Assembly: GCA_963751345.1 (NCBI GenBank)
Contig: CAVVUS010000024.1
Location: 103,918 to 167,917 of the forward strand
Length of the DNA stretch: 64,000 bases
Direction of reading: 5' to 3'
Source: an uncultured Chloroflexia bacterium
GTDB lineage: Bacteria > Chloroflexota > Anaerolineae > B4-G1 > SLSP01
Part shown: piece after piece, positions 49,679 to 61,185 of the stretch
How the letters are laid out: every line of letters begins with the position of its first letter
How positions within the stretch are numbered: position 1 is the first letter of the stretch
Notes under the pieces: model-generated
Databases searched by the model: none
What the model was told of the DNA's origin: nothing
Seen by the model: only the letters and a program-made list of their open reading frames with translations
Made by a program: the position numbers and the translations under genes

Positions 49679-51088
49679 ATGAGGACCATCGTCATGAAAT
49701 TCGGGGGTACCTCCGTGGGCAGCGCGCAAGCCATCGCCCAGGCGGCACTACTCGTGAAGCAGGAAGCGCCAAAATGGGATCACACCGTCGTCGTCGTCTC
49801 GGCTATGCGCGGGGTCACGGATGCCCTGATCGAGGGGGCCAGGACCGCGGCGCAGGGAGACGACCAGGTGTATCGCGGCCTGGTCTCCGACCTTCGGGTA
49901 AAGCACACGCTGGCAGTTGCAGAGTTGCTGATCGACACTGAGGCCAGAACTGCCTTACTCAAAGCTGTCGAGACCTACCTGGACGAGTTCTCGGCCTTCT
50001 GCCACAGTGTTCACGTTCTGGGTGAGGTCACCCCGAGGGCCATGGATGCCATCAGCTCTCTCGGCGAGCGAATGAATGCCCGTGTGGTAGCTGCACGACT
50101 GGAGGCTGAGGGGGTCGCCGCCAGACCGGTCGACGCCACCGATCTCATTGTGACCGATCGTCGTTTCCAGCAGGCGGCCCCGCTGATGGAGATCACCCGT
50201 GATCGTGTGACTCGCAATCTGCTGCCGCTCCTGGAAGAGGGCATCATACCCGTCGTCACGGGGTTTATGGGAGCGACAGAGGATGGCGTCATCACCACCC
50301 TTGGCCGCGGCGGGAGCGACTACAGTGCATCGATTCTCGGCGCCGCCCTGGGAGCGGATGAGGTCTGGACCTGGACCGACGTCGACGGCGTCTTGACAGC
50401 CGACCCTCGCATCGTCCCCGAAGCGCGGATTATACCGGAACTCTCCTACACGGAGGTCGCTGAACTGGCCTATTTCGGTGCCAAGGTACTCCACCCCAAG
50501 ACGATCCGTCCGGTGGTGGAGCAGGGAATTCCACTGTGGGTCAAGAACACATTCAACCCCACGTGTCCCGGGACGCGGATTGTCTCGGCACCTACCAGCA
50601 CGCCCGGCACCGTCAAGGCGGTCACGGCCATCCATGGCTTGAGCATGGTGACGGTCGAGGGGCGCGGTATGATGGGGGTCCCTGGCATCGCCGCGCGCAC
50701 TTTCGCCGCAGTCGCCAGCAGGGGCGCGAACGTCCTTATGATCTCGCAGGCATCCTCTGAACAGTCTATCTGCTTCGTGATCCCCACGATCGACGTTGCT
50801 CCCGTGATCTCTGCATTGGAGGCGGAGTTAGCCCTGGAGCTCTCCCGGCGCGACATTGACCACGTGTGGTCGATGGACAACGTCGTGATTGTCTCCGCTG
50901 TTGGATCCGGCATGCGCGGCACCCCAGGTGTAGCCGCCGGCCTTTTCAATGCATTGGCCGCGCAGCAGATCAACGTCATCGCTATTGCGCAAGGATCGTC
51001 AGAGTGTAGCATCTCGCTGGTTGTAGATGCCGAGCAGGCGACCCAGGCGGTTCGACAGATTCACCAAGAGGTAATCAACCATGGGTGA
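49679..51088 (+). CDS. lysC: Aspartate kinase
   Basis: 'MKFGGTSV', 'TLGRGGSDYSA', 'TDVDG', two ACT domains. Confidence 0.93.
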   Translation: MRTIVMKFGGTSVGSAQAIAQAALLVKQEAPKWDHTVVVVSAMRGVTDALIEGARTAAQGDDQVYRGLVSDLRVKHTLAVAELLIDTEARTALLKAVETYLDEFSAFCHSVHVLGEVTPRAMDAISSLGERMNARVVAARLEAEGVAARPVDATDLIVTDRRFQQAAPLMEITRDRVTRNLLPLLEEGIIPVVTGFMGATEDGVITTLGRGGSDYSASILGAALGADEVWTWTDVDGVLTADPRIVPEARIIPELSYTEVAELAYFGAKVLHPKTIRPVVEQGIPLWVKNTFNPTCPGTRIVSAPTSTPGTVKAVTAIHGLSMVTVEGRGMMGVPGIAARTFAAVASRGANVLMISQASSEQSICFVIPTIDVAPVISALEAELALELSRRDIDHVWSMDNVVIVSAVGSGMRGTPGVAAGLFNALAAQQINVIAIAQGSSECSISLVVDAEQATQAVRQIHQEVINHG

Positions 51089-52142
51089 GGGGAAGAGAAT
51101 ATCCGTTGGCGTTCTGGGAGCGACCGGTGCTGTGGGGCAACGTTTCGTCCAGCTCCTGGCAGCTCATCCGTGGTTTGAGATCACGGCGTTGGCTGCATCC
51201 GAGCGCAGCGCGGGCCGGCGGTATGCCGATGCATGTCAATGGGTCATCCCGGGCGATCCTCCGGCGGCGATTGGCGACCTGGAAGTCCAGCCACTGCAGC
51301 CCGACCTGCCGGCTGAGATCGTCTTCTCGGCACTGCCTTCCAGCGTAGCCCGCCAGATCGAGCCTGAGTTCGCCCGCGAGGGCTACCTCGTCTGCTCCAA
51401 TGCGTCGGCCTATCGCAACGTGGACGACGTGCCGCTGCTCATTCCGGAACTGAACGCCGGACACCTGGCCCTGATCGAGCGCCAGCGTGCCCAACGCGGA
51501 TGGCCAGGGCTGATCGTCACGAGCCCCAACTGCACCATCACGGGCGTGGCCGTGGCACTCAAGCCCCTGGATGATGCCTTCGGCGTCCGCAAAGTCTTCA
51601 TGGTCTCTATGCAGGCTGTTTCCGGGGCGGGATATCCTGGCGTTTCGGCACTCGATATCATGGGCAACGTCGTGCCCTACATTCCCGGCGAGGAGGAGAA
51701 GTTCCAGCAAGAGCTCCAGAAGCTGCTGGGCAGTGTCGAACAGGGGACGCTCGTTCCGGCCGACCTGGTCGTCAGTGCCCACGCAAACCGGGTACCGGTG
51801 ATTGACGGGCATACCGTCAGCATTTCTGTGGGGTTCGAACGGCGCCCCACGCCCGCTGAAGCGCTAGAGGTGCTAGCCAACTACGAGCCTCCCGAGGCGT
51901 GCACAGGGCTGTATAGCTCGCCCGACCGCATCATCTACGTCAGGACCGAGCCGGATCGCCCCCAACCGCGGCGCGACCGCGACGCAGCGGGCGGTATGGC
52001 GGTGAGTGTCGGGAGGGTTCGCCCCTGCCCCATCCTGGACCTGCGCCTCACGACGGTCACCCACAATACCCTGCGCGGGGCGGCTAGCGGCGCTGTGCTC
52101 AATGCGGAACTACTGGTCACACAGGGCTATACCAAGCCATAG
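51081..52142 (+). CDS. asd: Aspartate-semialdehyde dehydrogenase (archaeal/fungal type)
   Basis: 'GATGAVGQRF', 'SPNC', 'QAVSGAGYPG', 'RVPVIDGH', 'HNTLRGAA'. Confidence 0.95.
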   Translation: MGEGKRISVGVLGATGAVGQRFVQLLAAHPWFEITALAASERSAGRRYADACQWVIPGDPPAAIGDLEVQPLQPDLPAEIVFSALPSSVARQIEPEFAREGYLVCSNASAYRNVDDVPLLIPELNAGHLALIERQRAQRGWPGLIVTSPNCTITGVAVALKPLDDAFGVRKVFMVSMQAVSGAGYPGVSALDIMGNVVPYIPGEEEKFQQELQKLLGSVEQGTLVPADLVVSAHANRVPVIDGHTVSISVGFERRPTPAEALEVLANYEPPEACTGLYSSPDRIIYVRTEPDRPQPRRDRDAAGGMAVSVGRVRPCPILDLRLTTVTHNTLRGAASGAVLNAELLVTQGYTKP

Positions 52143-52163
52143 GAATGAGGAGCGAAGGCCCAG

Positions 52164-53321
52164 ATGCGAAGCTACGGACAAACCTCGGTATCTACCTTCC
52201 TTGACGACAGTATCGTCTACCGGAATCTGAAGCCTATGGATGATCGCCTGCCCGGGCTTCGGGAGATCGCGATTCGTCTGGATATCGACACTCGGCAGGT
52301 GCCGCGCAAAAGCGAGCCGGACTACGCCCGCGTGATGGTCGAGCTGCTCGTAGCTGCCAGGGCTCTTGATGCGGACAAGACAGCGGTGCAGCGTTTGGTC
52401 TACGTGGGTGACACACGCCTGAATGACGGCACAGCTTTTGCCAATCTGTGTAGCGCGGGCAAGTGGCCGGGCATCGCGTTCATCGGGTCTGAAAATCAGC
52501 AGCCAGCACAGAGGCAGATCATCGACCAGGGCGAGACAACGACCTATCTCGCCAATCGCTGGGCCCTGCTCAATGATTTCGATGACTACGCGGCCCACCA
52601 CGGCTTTCCCTTTGATGCGACCACCGCCGTGGTCCTGGATCTTGACAAGACCACCCTCGGTGCTCGCGGTCGCAACGACCGGGTCATCAACCAGGCACGC
52701 CTGACCGCGGTCAGAGAGACGGTCGAGGCACTGTTGGGCCCGGATTTCAACGCCGGGCAGTTCGAGGCCAATTACGACCTTTTCAACCAAACGGAGTTTC
52801 ACCCATTTACGACGGACAATCAGGACTACCTCGCCTATCTCTGCCTGATCCTGGGGAGTGATCTCTTCTCCGTGCCTGCCCTAGCTGATACCATCAGGGA
52901 AGGTCAACTGGCACAGTTCACGGACTTCCTGGACCAGGTTGAGGCCAGGGCGGGGGCGCTGCCGGAGCGACTGTGCGACCTTCACGATGACATCTACAGC
53001 CGGGTGAGAGCGGGTGACCCAACGCCTTTCAAGGCCTTCCGTTACAACGAGTATCTGGCTACAATCAGACGTATGGGAAGTCTGCCCGACGACGTCTGCG
53101 TGGACCGGATGCTTGCCGAGGAGATCGTGATCACGCAGGAAGTCCGGGACTTGGCGTCTAGGTGGAGAGAGCAGGGCGCCCTGCTGTTCGCATTGTCGGA
53201 TAAGCCCGATGAAGCGTCAGTTCCCACGGGGGAGTTAGCACAGGCCGGCTTCAAGGCGATCCACAGGATGCCGACACACGCCGTCGGGGCCGGCGCAGAT
53301 GCAGCCCCCTGCCGGGAATAG
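52164..53321 (+). CDS. Hypothetical HAD-superfamily protein, apparently circularly permuted
   Basis: Motifs in order III 'RKSEPDY', IV 'VYVGDTRLND', I 'VVLDLDKT', II 'FALSDKP'. Confidence 0.65.
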   Translation: MRSYGQTSVSTFLDDSIVYRNLKPMDDRLPGLREIAIRLDIDTRQVPRKSEPDYARVMVELLVAARALDADKTAVQRLVYVGDTRLNDGTAFANLCSAGKWPGIAFIGSENQQPAQRQIIDQGETTTYLANRWALLNDFDDYAAHHGFPFDATTAVVLDLDKTTLGARGRNDRVINQARLTAVRETVEALLGPDFNAGQFEANYDLFNQTEFHPFTTDNQDYLAYLCLILGSDLFSVPALADTIREGQLAQFTDFLDQVEARAGALPERLCDLHDDIYSRVRAGDPTPFKAFRYNEYLATIRRMGSLPDDVCVDRMLAEEIVITQEVRDLASRWREQGALLFALSDKPDEASVPTGELAQAGFKAIHRMPTHAVGAGADAAPCRE

Positions 53322-53324
53322 CAG

Positions 53325-53738
53325 ATGCTCCTCGGCCATATTGCCGTCTCACTTCTCGAGAGCCACTACCTGGATCTGGAGCTCAAGCCCACAATGCTCG
53401 GGGGGCTCTTCCCGGACATGCTTGACAAGAGCCTGTGCCAGGTCCTTCATATCACCCCGAGCGGGCGCATGTGGGGACACACGCTCCTCAGCTTTGCCCT
53501 GTCGACGGCCATCGTCAGAATTGCCAGCGGGAAGAGAGCCGCGCGCAGTTGGGCTCTAGGTTATGCGGGCCATCTCGTCGCGGATGTGAGGGGACAGGTA
53601 CCCCTCCTCTATCCCTTTGCACGTTACGATTTCGGACCATCGCCGGATCTCTCCACTATCCTCGAACGGTTCTTTGCGGACCGGAGGGAAGTTACACTGG
53701 AACTCGGGCTACTGGCGTGGGCGTTACTCACGGCTTAG
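53325..53738 (+). CDS. YdjM-like membrane metal-dependent hydrolase
   Basis: 'GH', 'PDMLDK', 'RMWGHTL', 'GHLVAD'. Confidence 0.75.
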   Translation: MLLGHIAVSLLESHYLDLELKPTMLGGLFPDMLDKSLCQVLHITPSGRMWGHTLLSFALSTAIVRIASGKRAARSWALGYAGHLVADVRGQVPLLYPFARYDFGPSPDLSTILERFFADRREVTLELGLLAWALLTA

Positions 53739-53770
53739 CCCGGTGACGATTCCCTGGTAGACTACGACTT

Positions 53771-54263
53771 ATGCTAGATCGGACATCTGGCGGTCTCCGT
53801 GCTCGAACACCGATATGCGAAGGCTGCGTTCGTGCCGGTGGTGGCTGCTGCGATTCTTCCGGATGCCGTTGACAAGGTGTCGCACTATGTATTTGGGCAG
53901 AATGCGACAGGACGAATGTGGGGACACACACTCATCGCGGCGTTCCTGTCGTCACTGGTCGTCCTGGCCTTCTTCGGCACGCACAATGCATCCAGCTGGA
54001 TACTCGGGTATCTATCCCACCTGATCTGCGATATGGGAGGCGTGGTGCCCCTGCTTGCCCCTTTCGTAACGTATCAGTTCCCGCCGGCAGAGGATTTCCT
54101 GACCACGCTGTGGGCTGCACTCAGCCGCCCCCTGATCATCGCCGAACTGCTTCTCTCCTTCTGGGCCGTAATAGCAGTGCGGCGAGACATCAACACTGTA
54201 TACTCACGTGTGCGGCGTAGGTTTGGTATCACCGATTCGTCGGTCTCGGAATCTGGCCTGTAA
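53771..54263 (+). CDS. YdjM-like membrane metal-dependent hydrolase paralog, frameshift just after the start
   Basis: 'IGHLAVSVLE', 'PDAVDK', 'RMWGHTL', 'SHLICD'. Confidence 0.72.
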
Positions 54264-55631
<1,368 letters not shown>

Positions 55632-55642
55632 CGAGCCACCAC

Positions 55643-56830
55643 TTACGAGATGACGCCCAGGGTCCGTCCGATCGTCTCGAACTGCTCAAGCCCGAAGTCC
55701 AGGTCCGACCTCGAAAGCGCTGCAGAGACCATCACGCGGATGCGCGCCATCCCAACCGGGACGGTTGGGAATCCCAGTGCCATCGCAAAGACACCCGCGT
55801 CAAAGAGCCGGCTGCTGAACTCCTTGGCGAGCTTGACGTCACCCAGCATCACAGGCGTGATAGGCGTCACGCTGCTGCCAATGTCGAACCCTAACGACTC
55901 CATTGCCGACTTGAAATAGTCGGTGTTCTCCCATAGACGGTCCACGAGATCCGTGGATGAAGCCAACACGTTCACCGCAGCGAGACACGCGGCGCTATCG
56001 GCCGCCGTCACCGCATTGGAGAACAGGAAGGGGCGGGCCTTCTGACGCAGGTAATCGACGATGACCTTCTTCCCGGCCACCACGCCACCCACAACACCGA
56101 AAGCCTTGGAGAACGTTCCGATCTCAATGTCGAACTTACCGTGGAGCCCGAAGTGGTCGACGATACCCCGGCCGCCGGTCCCGAGCACACCTTCACCGTG
56201 TGCATCGTCCACCATCGTCATGAGCCCGTAAGTCTCGGCGACGTCGTAGATCTCGTCAAGCGGAGCAATGTCGCCATCCATGGAGAAGACACCGTCGGTG
56301 ACCACAAGTCCCCGGCGATAGGCCGGCAGGTTATCCTTGACCTTCTCTGCCAGATCGGCACTATCCGCGTGCTCATAGACGACAATCTTCGCCCGGCTCA
56401 ACCGTGCACCGTCGATGATACTTGCGTGGTTCAGACGATCCGAGAAGATCACATCCTCACGCCCCACCAGGGGTGGAATCGCCGCCTGATTGGCGACGAA
56501 CCCGGCCTGCACGTAGAGCGCATCCTCCACACCCTTGAAGGCGGCGACAGCCTTCTCGAGCTCGATGTGAACGGCAAGCGTGCCGGCAATCGACCGTACA
56601 GCCGTAGGCCCCACACCATAGGCATCGATCGCCTGCTGCGCGGCCACTTTCAACCGAGAGTCACCGGCCAAGCCAAGGTAGTTATTGGTGCAGAGATTGA
56701 GGACTCTCTTGCCGTCTACATGCATCCACGCGCCGGGCGGCGAGTCGATCACACGCAGGTTGATGAACAGCCCACTCTCTTTCAACGAAGCCAGTTCTTC
56801 CTCGATCCAGGCGAGTTTTTCCTCAACCAT
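55643..56830 (-). CDS. kbl: Glycine C-acetyltransferase (Kbl/BioF family)
   Basis: 'NNYLGL', 'NHASIIDG', 'DGVFSMDGD', 'DDAHG', 'GTFSKAFG', 'ARIRV'. Confidence 0.85.
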   Translation of the reverse strand: MVEEKLAWIEEELASLKESGLFINLRVIDSPPGAWMHVDGKRVLNLCTNNYLGLAGDSRLKVAAQQAIDAYGVGPTAVRSIAGTLAVHIELEKAVAAFKGVEDALYVQAGFVANQAAIPPLVGREDVIFSDRLNHASIIDGARLSRAKIVVYEHADSADLAEKVKDNLPAYRRGLVVTDGVFSMDGDIAPLDEIYDVAETYGLMTMVDDAHGEGVLGTGGRGIVDHFGLHGKFDIEIGTFSKAFGVVGGVVAGKKVIVDYLRQKARPFLFSNAVTAADSAACLAAVNVLASSTDLVDRLWENTDYFKSAMESLGFDIGSSVTPITPVMLGDVKLAKEFSSRLFDAGVFAMALGFPTVPVGMARIRVMVSAALSRSDLDFGLEQFETIGRTLGVIS

Positions 56831-56981
56831 AAGCCCTCCTTTGTTAGGCACCGTTCCAGTATAGCACGATTGTGCATCCGTCGCTTTTTCCCTGGATCAT
56901 CCCTTCATGGTATACTACGCCAGGATTCAATCTAAGCGGGCAATCGGCCATACAGACCGCCCGCATCAGGAGGCGAGATAG

Positions 56982-57905
56982 ATGAAACACTTCCTCACCC
57001 TGGCGGATCTCAGCCCGGAGACTATGCGTGAAATCCTGGACCTGGCTGTGAAGATCAAGGCAGACTGGCAAGGCGGCGATCCACGGCCTTACCTCAAGCA
57101 CAAGGTGCTGGGCATGATTTTCCAGAAACCCAGCCTGCGCACCAGAGTCTCGTTCGATGTAGCGATGCTACAATTGGGGGGGAATGGCCTCTATCTGTCA
57201 CCTAACGAGATCCAGTTAGGCCAACGAGAGAGCACCGCAGATGTGGCCCGCGTGATCTCCAGATATGTCGACGTCGTGATGGCAAGGGTCTTTAGCCATC
57301 AAGACGTCGTTGAGCTCGCCGAGTATGCCGGCGTGCCCGTGATCAACGGTCTCTCCGATTATGCCCACCCCTGTCAGGGCATGGCGGACTTCCTTACGAT
57401 TCTGGAGTACAAGGGAGCCTTCCGAGGACGGAAACTGGCCTATCTGGGCGATGGAAACAATGTCGCCACCTCGTTACTCATTGGTGCGGCGCTGCTGGGT
57501 ATGGACTTTACAATCGCCACACCCCGGGGGTACGAATTGCACCCCGCTACCTGGGGAATCGGGCAGCGATTCGCCGCGCAGAGCGGCGCAACCATCGTCG
57601 CCACCCACGATCCCGTGGAAGCTGCAACCGGTGCCGACGTCATCTATACCGATACCTGGACCTCGATGGGACAGGAGGAAGAGGCGCAAGCGCGGCGAAA
57701 GATCTTTCCCCCGTACCGCGTCGACGAAGCTTGCCTGCAGTATGCCCAGGAGGACGTGATGGTGATGCACTGTCTGCCTGCGCATCGGGGCGAGGAGATC
57801 ACGGATGCAGTTGCGGATGGACCGCATTCGGCGTTGTTCGACCAGGCCGAGAACCGCTTGCACGCACAAAAAGCTATCTTGGTGTGGGTACTCGACGCGA
57901 TGTAA
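56982..57905 (+). CDS. argF: Ornithine carbamoyltransferase
   Basis: 'KPSLRTRVSF', 'HPCQ', 'GDGNNV', 'WTSMG', 'HCLP'. Confidence 0.93.
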   Translation: MKHFLTLADLSPETMREILDLAVKIKADWQGGDPRPYLKHKVLGMIFQKPSLRTRVSFDVAMLQLGGNGLYLSPNEIQLGQRESTADVARVISRYVDVVMARVFSHQDVVELAEYAGVPVINGLSDYAHPCQGMADFLTILEYKGAFRGRKLAYLGDGNNVATSLLIGAALLGMDFTIATPRGYELHPATWGIGQRFAAQSGATIVATHDPVEAATGADVIYTDTWTSMGQEEEAQARRKIFPPYRVDEACLQYAQEDVMVMHCLPAHRGEEITDAVADGPHSALFDQAENRLHAQKAILVWVLDAM

Positions 57906-57920
57906 CTGAAGAGGTAATCC

Positions 57921-60188
57921 ATGGCAGGGAACCGCTTGCATTTCGAGGAAGCAATTCAGAAAGCCAACGACTTCGTCTGGGCCGAAGAGTGGAACGCTGC
58001 CGTGGCGTCATACCGTCAAGCCCTCGCTGAATTCCCCGACAACGACTCGGCATTGATGGGCTATGCTTGGGCGCTGCTGAACGCGGATGACCAGGAGGCA
58101 GCGCTGCAAGTGTATGAAAGGTTGACCCAAGTGGTACCAGGAGATCCCGGTCCCTATGAGCGGATGGCGGAGATTCTGGACAGCAAGCACGACGGGCGCC
58201 GCGCGGCCGAGACCTATCTCGAAGCAGCCGAGCGCTATGCCCAGCAAGGGCTGACTGCCAAACAGACCTCCGCGATCGAGTCCGCCATGCTCCTTCGCCC
58301 CCGCAATGAGGAAGCCTGGGCCAAGCTCCTGGAGCTCTATCAGGCCCAGAACCAGATGCACCGTGCCGTGCTAGCTACTCTCTGGCTGTCTTTCCTCTAT
58401 CAAGACCAGAGACGCGATCAGGCTATGAAGCTCTGTCGTGAGTTGCAGTTGTCCGTGCCTGACGACTCTCGTCTCGGCCAGATGCTGATCTTGCTCCGGA
58501 GCAATCGACCGATCCCCCAGCCGCCGGCGATCGATTCCGACGAGGATGTCGCCCTGGAGGGAGAGTTTGACATCGAAGGGTCGGATGTGGACCGGGAGAC
58601 GGGCACTCCGGTGGAGATCGCCCGCCAGCGAGCGCTCACCAAGTTGGCGGAATCGATCTTCGCGGAGGATCGAGCCCAGGCCAAGGGTGCATCTGAAGCC
58701 GAAGTCGATATTCTGATTGGCAAGGCCATTGACGCACAGACGCGTGGCGACATCGACACAGCGATCCAGCTTTACCGGCGGTTGCTTGACACCGGTGTCT
58801 CGATGCCTTCGGTTCACTTCAACCTCGGCCTGCTCTACAAGGAGCAGATGCGCTTCGACGATGCCATCTCCGAATTCGGGGCTTCGCTTGGCGATCCCGA
58901 GTACGTCCTTGGCAGCCATTTCTCCCTCGGCGAATGCTATCAGGCCAAGGGCGAAGTCCGCGACGCGCTCAACCACTTTGTAGAAGCCGTCAAGATTGTG
59001 GACACCGCCACCATCGAGCGCGAGCATATGGACGACCTTATCCGTGTCTACGAAGGTCTTGCGCAGAGTCTCGTCAATACCGGGGAGCCTCGTCGGGCAC
59101 AGCAGGTAAGCCAGATGCTGGTAGACTTCCTCGGACAGCGCGGCTGGGAAGATGGCGCGATCAGAGCCCGCAAGCGACTCGATGATCTCGCACATTCCGG
59201 GGCGGTGCTGAGCCTCGTGGAACTCATCAGCTTGCCGGGATCCGAGGAAATCCTGAAGTCGATTGCCCTGGCTCAGGAATACGAGCGTCGCGGCAGAACA
59301 TATTCTGCCCTTGAGGAGCTCTTCCACGCGTTGGGAACCTCGCCCGACTACCTCCCACTTCACCATCTCCTGGGCGTAATGATGCGGGAGGGCGGCCACC
59401 TGGAGGAAGCGATTGACAAGTTTCGCGTCGTGGCGCGCACCTATGAGATCCGCGGGCAGATCCCCCAGGCACTGACGACCTACCAACTGATTCTTGAGAT
59501 CTCGCCCCTGGATATTCAGGTCCATCGCCGCGTCGTCGACCTGTTAGTCCAGCATGGGCGAATCGACGATGCGCTGGCACAGTATCTGCAGACCGCGGAT
59601 GCCTACTACCAGTTAGCCCAGCCGGAGCGCGCCCGCGAGATCTATGGTGAGGCATTGCGCCTGACCCCCCGGGGATCGCCGGAGAAAGCGTGGGAAGCCA
59701 GGATCCTTCACAAGATGGCGGATCTTGACGTCCAACGTCTGGACTGGGCGGCTGCCATCAAGGATAACGAGGAGATTTTGCGCATCGCACCGGATGACGA
59801 ACGCGCCCACCTGGCATTATTCCGTCTCTATCCACGCACGGGCCGTGCTCATCTGGGCATCAACGCACTGGACAAACTCATCCGACACTACCTTGCCAGC
59901 CAAAAGGTCAGAAAGGCAGTCACGATCCTGGAGGACCTTGTAAGTAGCCAGCCCGACAGCATCCCCCTGCGGGCACGAATCGCGCAGCTTCAACTCAACC
60001 TGGGGAACCGGGAAAAGGCACTTGAGCACCTGGATATCCTCGGAGATCTGCAGCTAGAGGGAGGCCACAAGGAGGCCGCCACCAAAACGATTGAGGCCAT
60101 CTTGGCCCTGAACCCGCCCAACCGGGAGGCCTACGCCGATCTGTATCGAGAGATGACACAGCACGAGCCACCAACGGGCGCTGCCTAG
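57921..60188 (+). CDS. Large TPR-repeat protein
   Basis: Repeated TPR-like helices, e.g. 'VHFNLGLLY...FDDAI', 'HFSLGECY', 'LRARIAQL'. Confidence 0.85.
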   Translation: MAGNRLHFEEAIQKANDFVWAEEWNAAVASYRQALAEFPDNDSALMGYAWALLNADDQEAALQVYERLTQVVPGDPGPYERMAEILDSKHDGRRAAETYLEAAERYAQQGLTAKQTSAIESAMLLRPRNEEAWAKLLELYQAQNQMHRAVLATLWLSFLYQDQRRDQAMKLCRELQLSVPDDSRLGQMLILLRSNRPIPQPPAIDSDEDVALEGEFDIEGSDVDRETGTPVEIARQRALTKLAESIFAEDRAQAKGASEAEVDILIGKAIDAQTRGDIDTAIQLYRRLLDTGVSMPSVHFNLGLLYKEQMRFDDAISEFGASLGDPEYVLGSHFSLGECYQAKGEVRDALNHFVEAVKIVDTATIEREHMDDLIRVYEGLAQSLVNTGEPRRAQQVSQMLVDFLGQRGWEDGAIRARKRLDDLAHSGAVLSLVELISLPGSEEILKSIALAQEYERRGRTYSALEELFHALGTSPDYLPLHHLLGVMMREGGHLEEAIDKFRVVARTYEIRGQIPQALTTYQLILEISPLDIQVHRRVVDLLVQHGRIDDALAQYLQTADAYYQLAQPERAREIYGEALRLTPRGSPEKAWEARILHKMADLDVQRLDWAAAIKDNEEILRIAPDDERAHLALFRLYPRTGRAHLGINALDKLIRHYLASQKVRKAVTILEDLVSSQPDSIPLRARIAQLQLNLGNREKALEHLDILGDLQLEGGHKEAATKTIEAILALNPPNREAYADLYREMTQHEPPTGAA

Positions 60189-60332
60189 AGTAGCGAAGGA
60201 CATAGACCAGTCAGCGATCACGCCGGGGGGAAGCCATAGTGATGCGCCTGGGGCGGCGGGCGCCTCGGAGGATTGGACCCCTGGGTGATCGTCGATGACA
60301 GCAAGCAAGTATAGCTTGCCAGTATACCGATT

Positions 60333-61151
60333 ATGTGGAACCTCGAATGGTTGATAGAGCGGATATCGTGGACCGATATCCTCGATATCCTGTTAGTTGC
60401 CTTTCTCTTCTTCTGGATCTTTTACGCCATCAGGGGAACGCGTGCCGTTCCTCTGGTGCGCGGCATCACCGCGCTGCTCATCACCCTGACCATTTTGACC
60501 CGCGTTGTCGAGCTGAGAGCTTTCGCGTGGCTTACGGCGCAGTTGCTACCGGCCCTGCTCGTCGGCATCCCGGTGCTGTTTCAACCCGAACTCCGCCGCG
60601 CTCTCGAACAACTGGGACGAGGGCGGGTTCTCGTCCTCTCACAAAAGGACGAGGAGCGGGTTATCCACATGATCGAAAGCGTCGTCGAGGCCACAGCCTA
60701 TATGGCCGAACGGAGCGTCGGAGCCCTCATCGTCTTTGAACGACAGACGGGCCTCCAGGAATACGTAGAGACCGGCGTGATGGTGGATTCAGAGGTCACG
60801 CCGGAGTTGGTAACAACCATCTTCGACCATCACACGATTCTACACGACGGTGCCGTCATCATCCGCGAGGGCCGTTTGGCTGCCGCGGCCTGCGTCATGC
60901 CTCTGACCGCGGCCTTTCTTGCCGACCGGGAGCTGGGACTGCGTCATAGGGCCGCCATCGGCATCACCGAAGACGCGGATGCCGTAGCGGTCGTTGTCTC
61001 CGAGGAACGCGGGGCGATCTCGCTCACGCACAGTGGGCGCATCATCCGGGACATCGATACCAAGCGCTTGGAGTCGATCTTGCGTGCCTTCCTAATTCCA
61101 CGCCAGCGACGTGGCAAAGGATGGTTCGGCTGGCTACGGCGGATCGCGTGA
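60333..61151 (+). CDS. cdaA: Diadenylate cyclase CdaA
   Basis: 3 TMs, 'FQPELRRAL', 'HDGAVII', 'GLRHRAA', 'VSEE'. Confidence 0.93.
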   Translation: MWNLEWLIERISWTDILDILLVAFLFFWIFYAIRGTRAVPLVRGITALLITLTILTRVVELRAFAWLTAQLLPALLVGIPVLFQPELRRALEQLGRGRVLVLSQKDEERVIHMIESVVEATAYMAERSVGALIVFERQTGLQEYVETGVMVDSEVTPELVTTIFDHHTILHDGAVIIREGRLAAAACVMPLTAAFLADRELGLRHRAAIGITEDADAVAVVVSEERGAISLTHSGRIIRDIDTKRLESILRAFLIPRQRRGKGWFGWLRRIA

Positions 61152-61185
61152 GCAGGATTTGCTCGACTCCAATGGAGACTGACCG

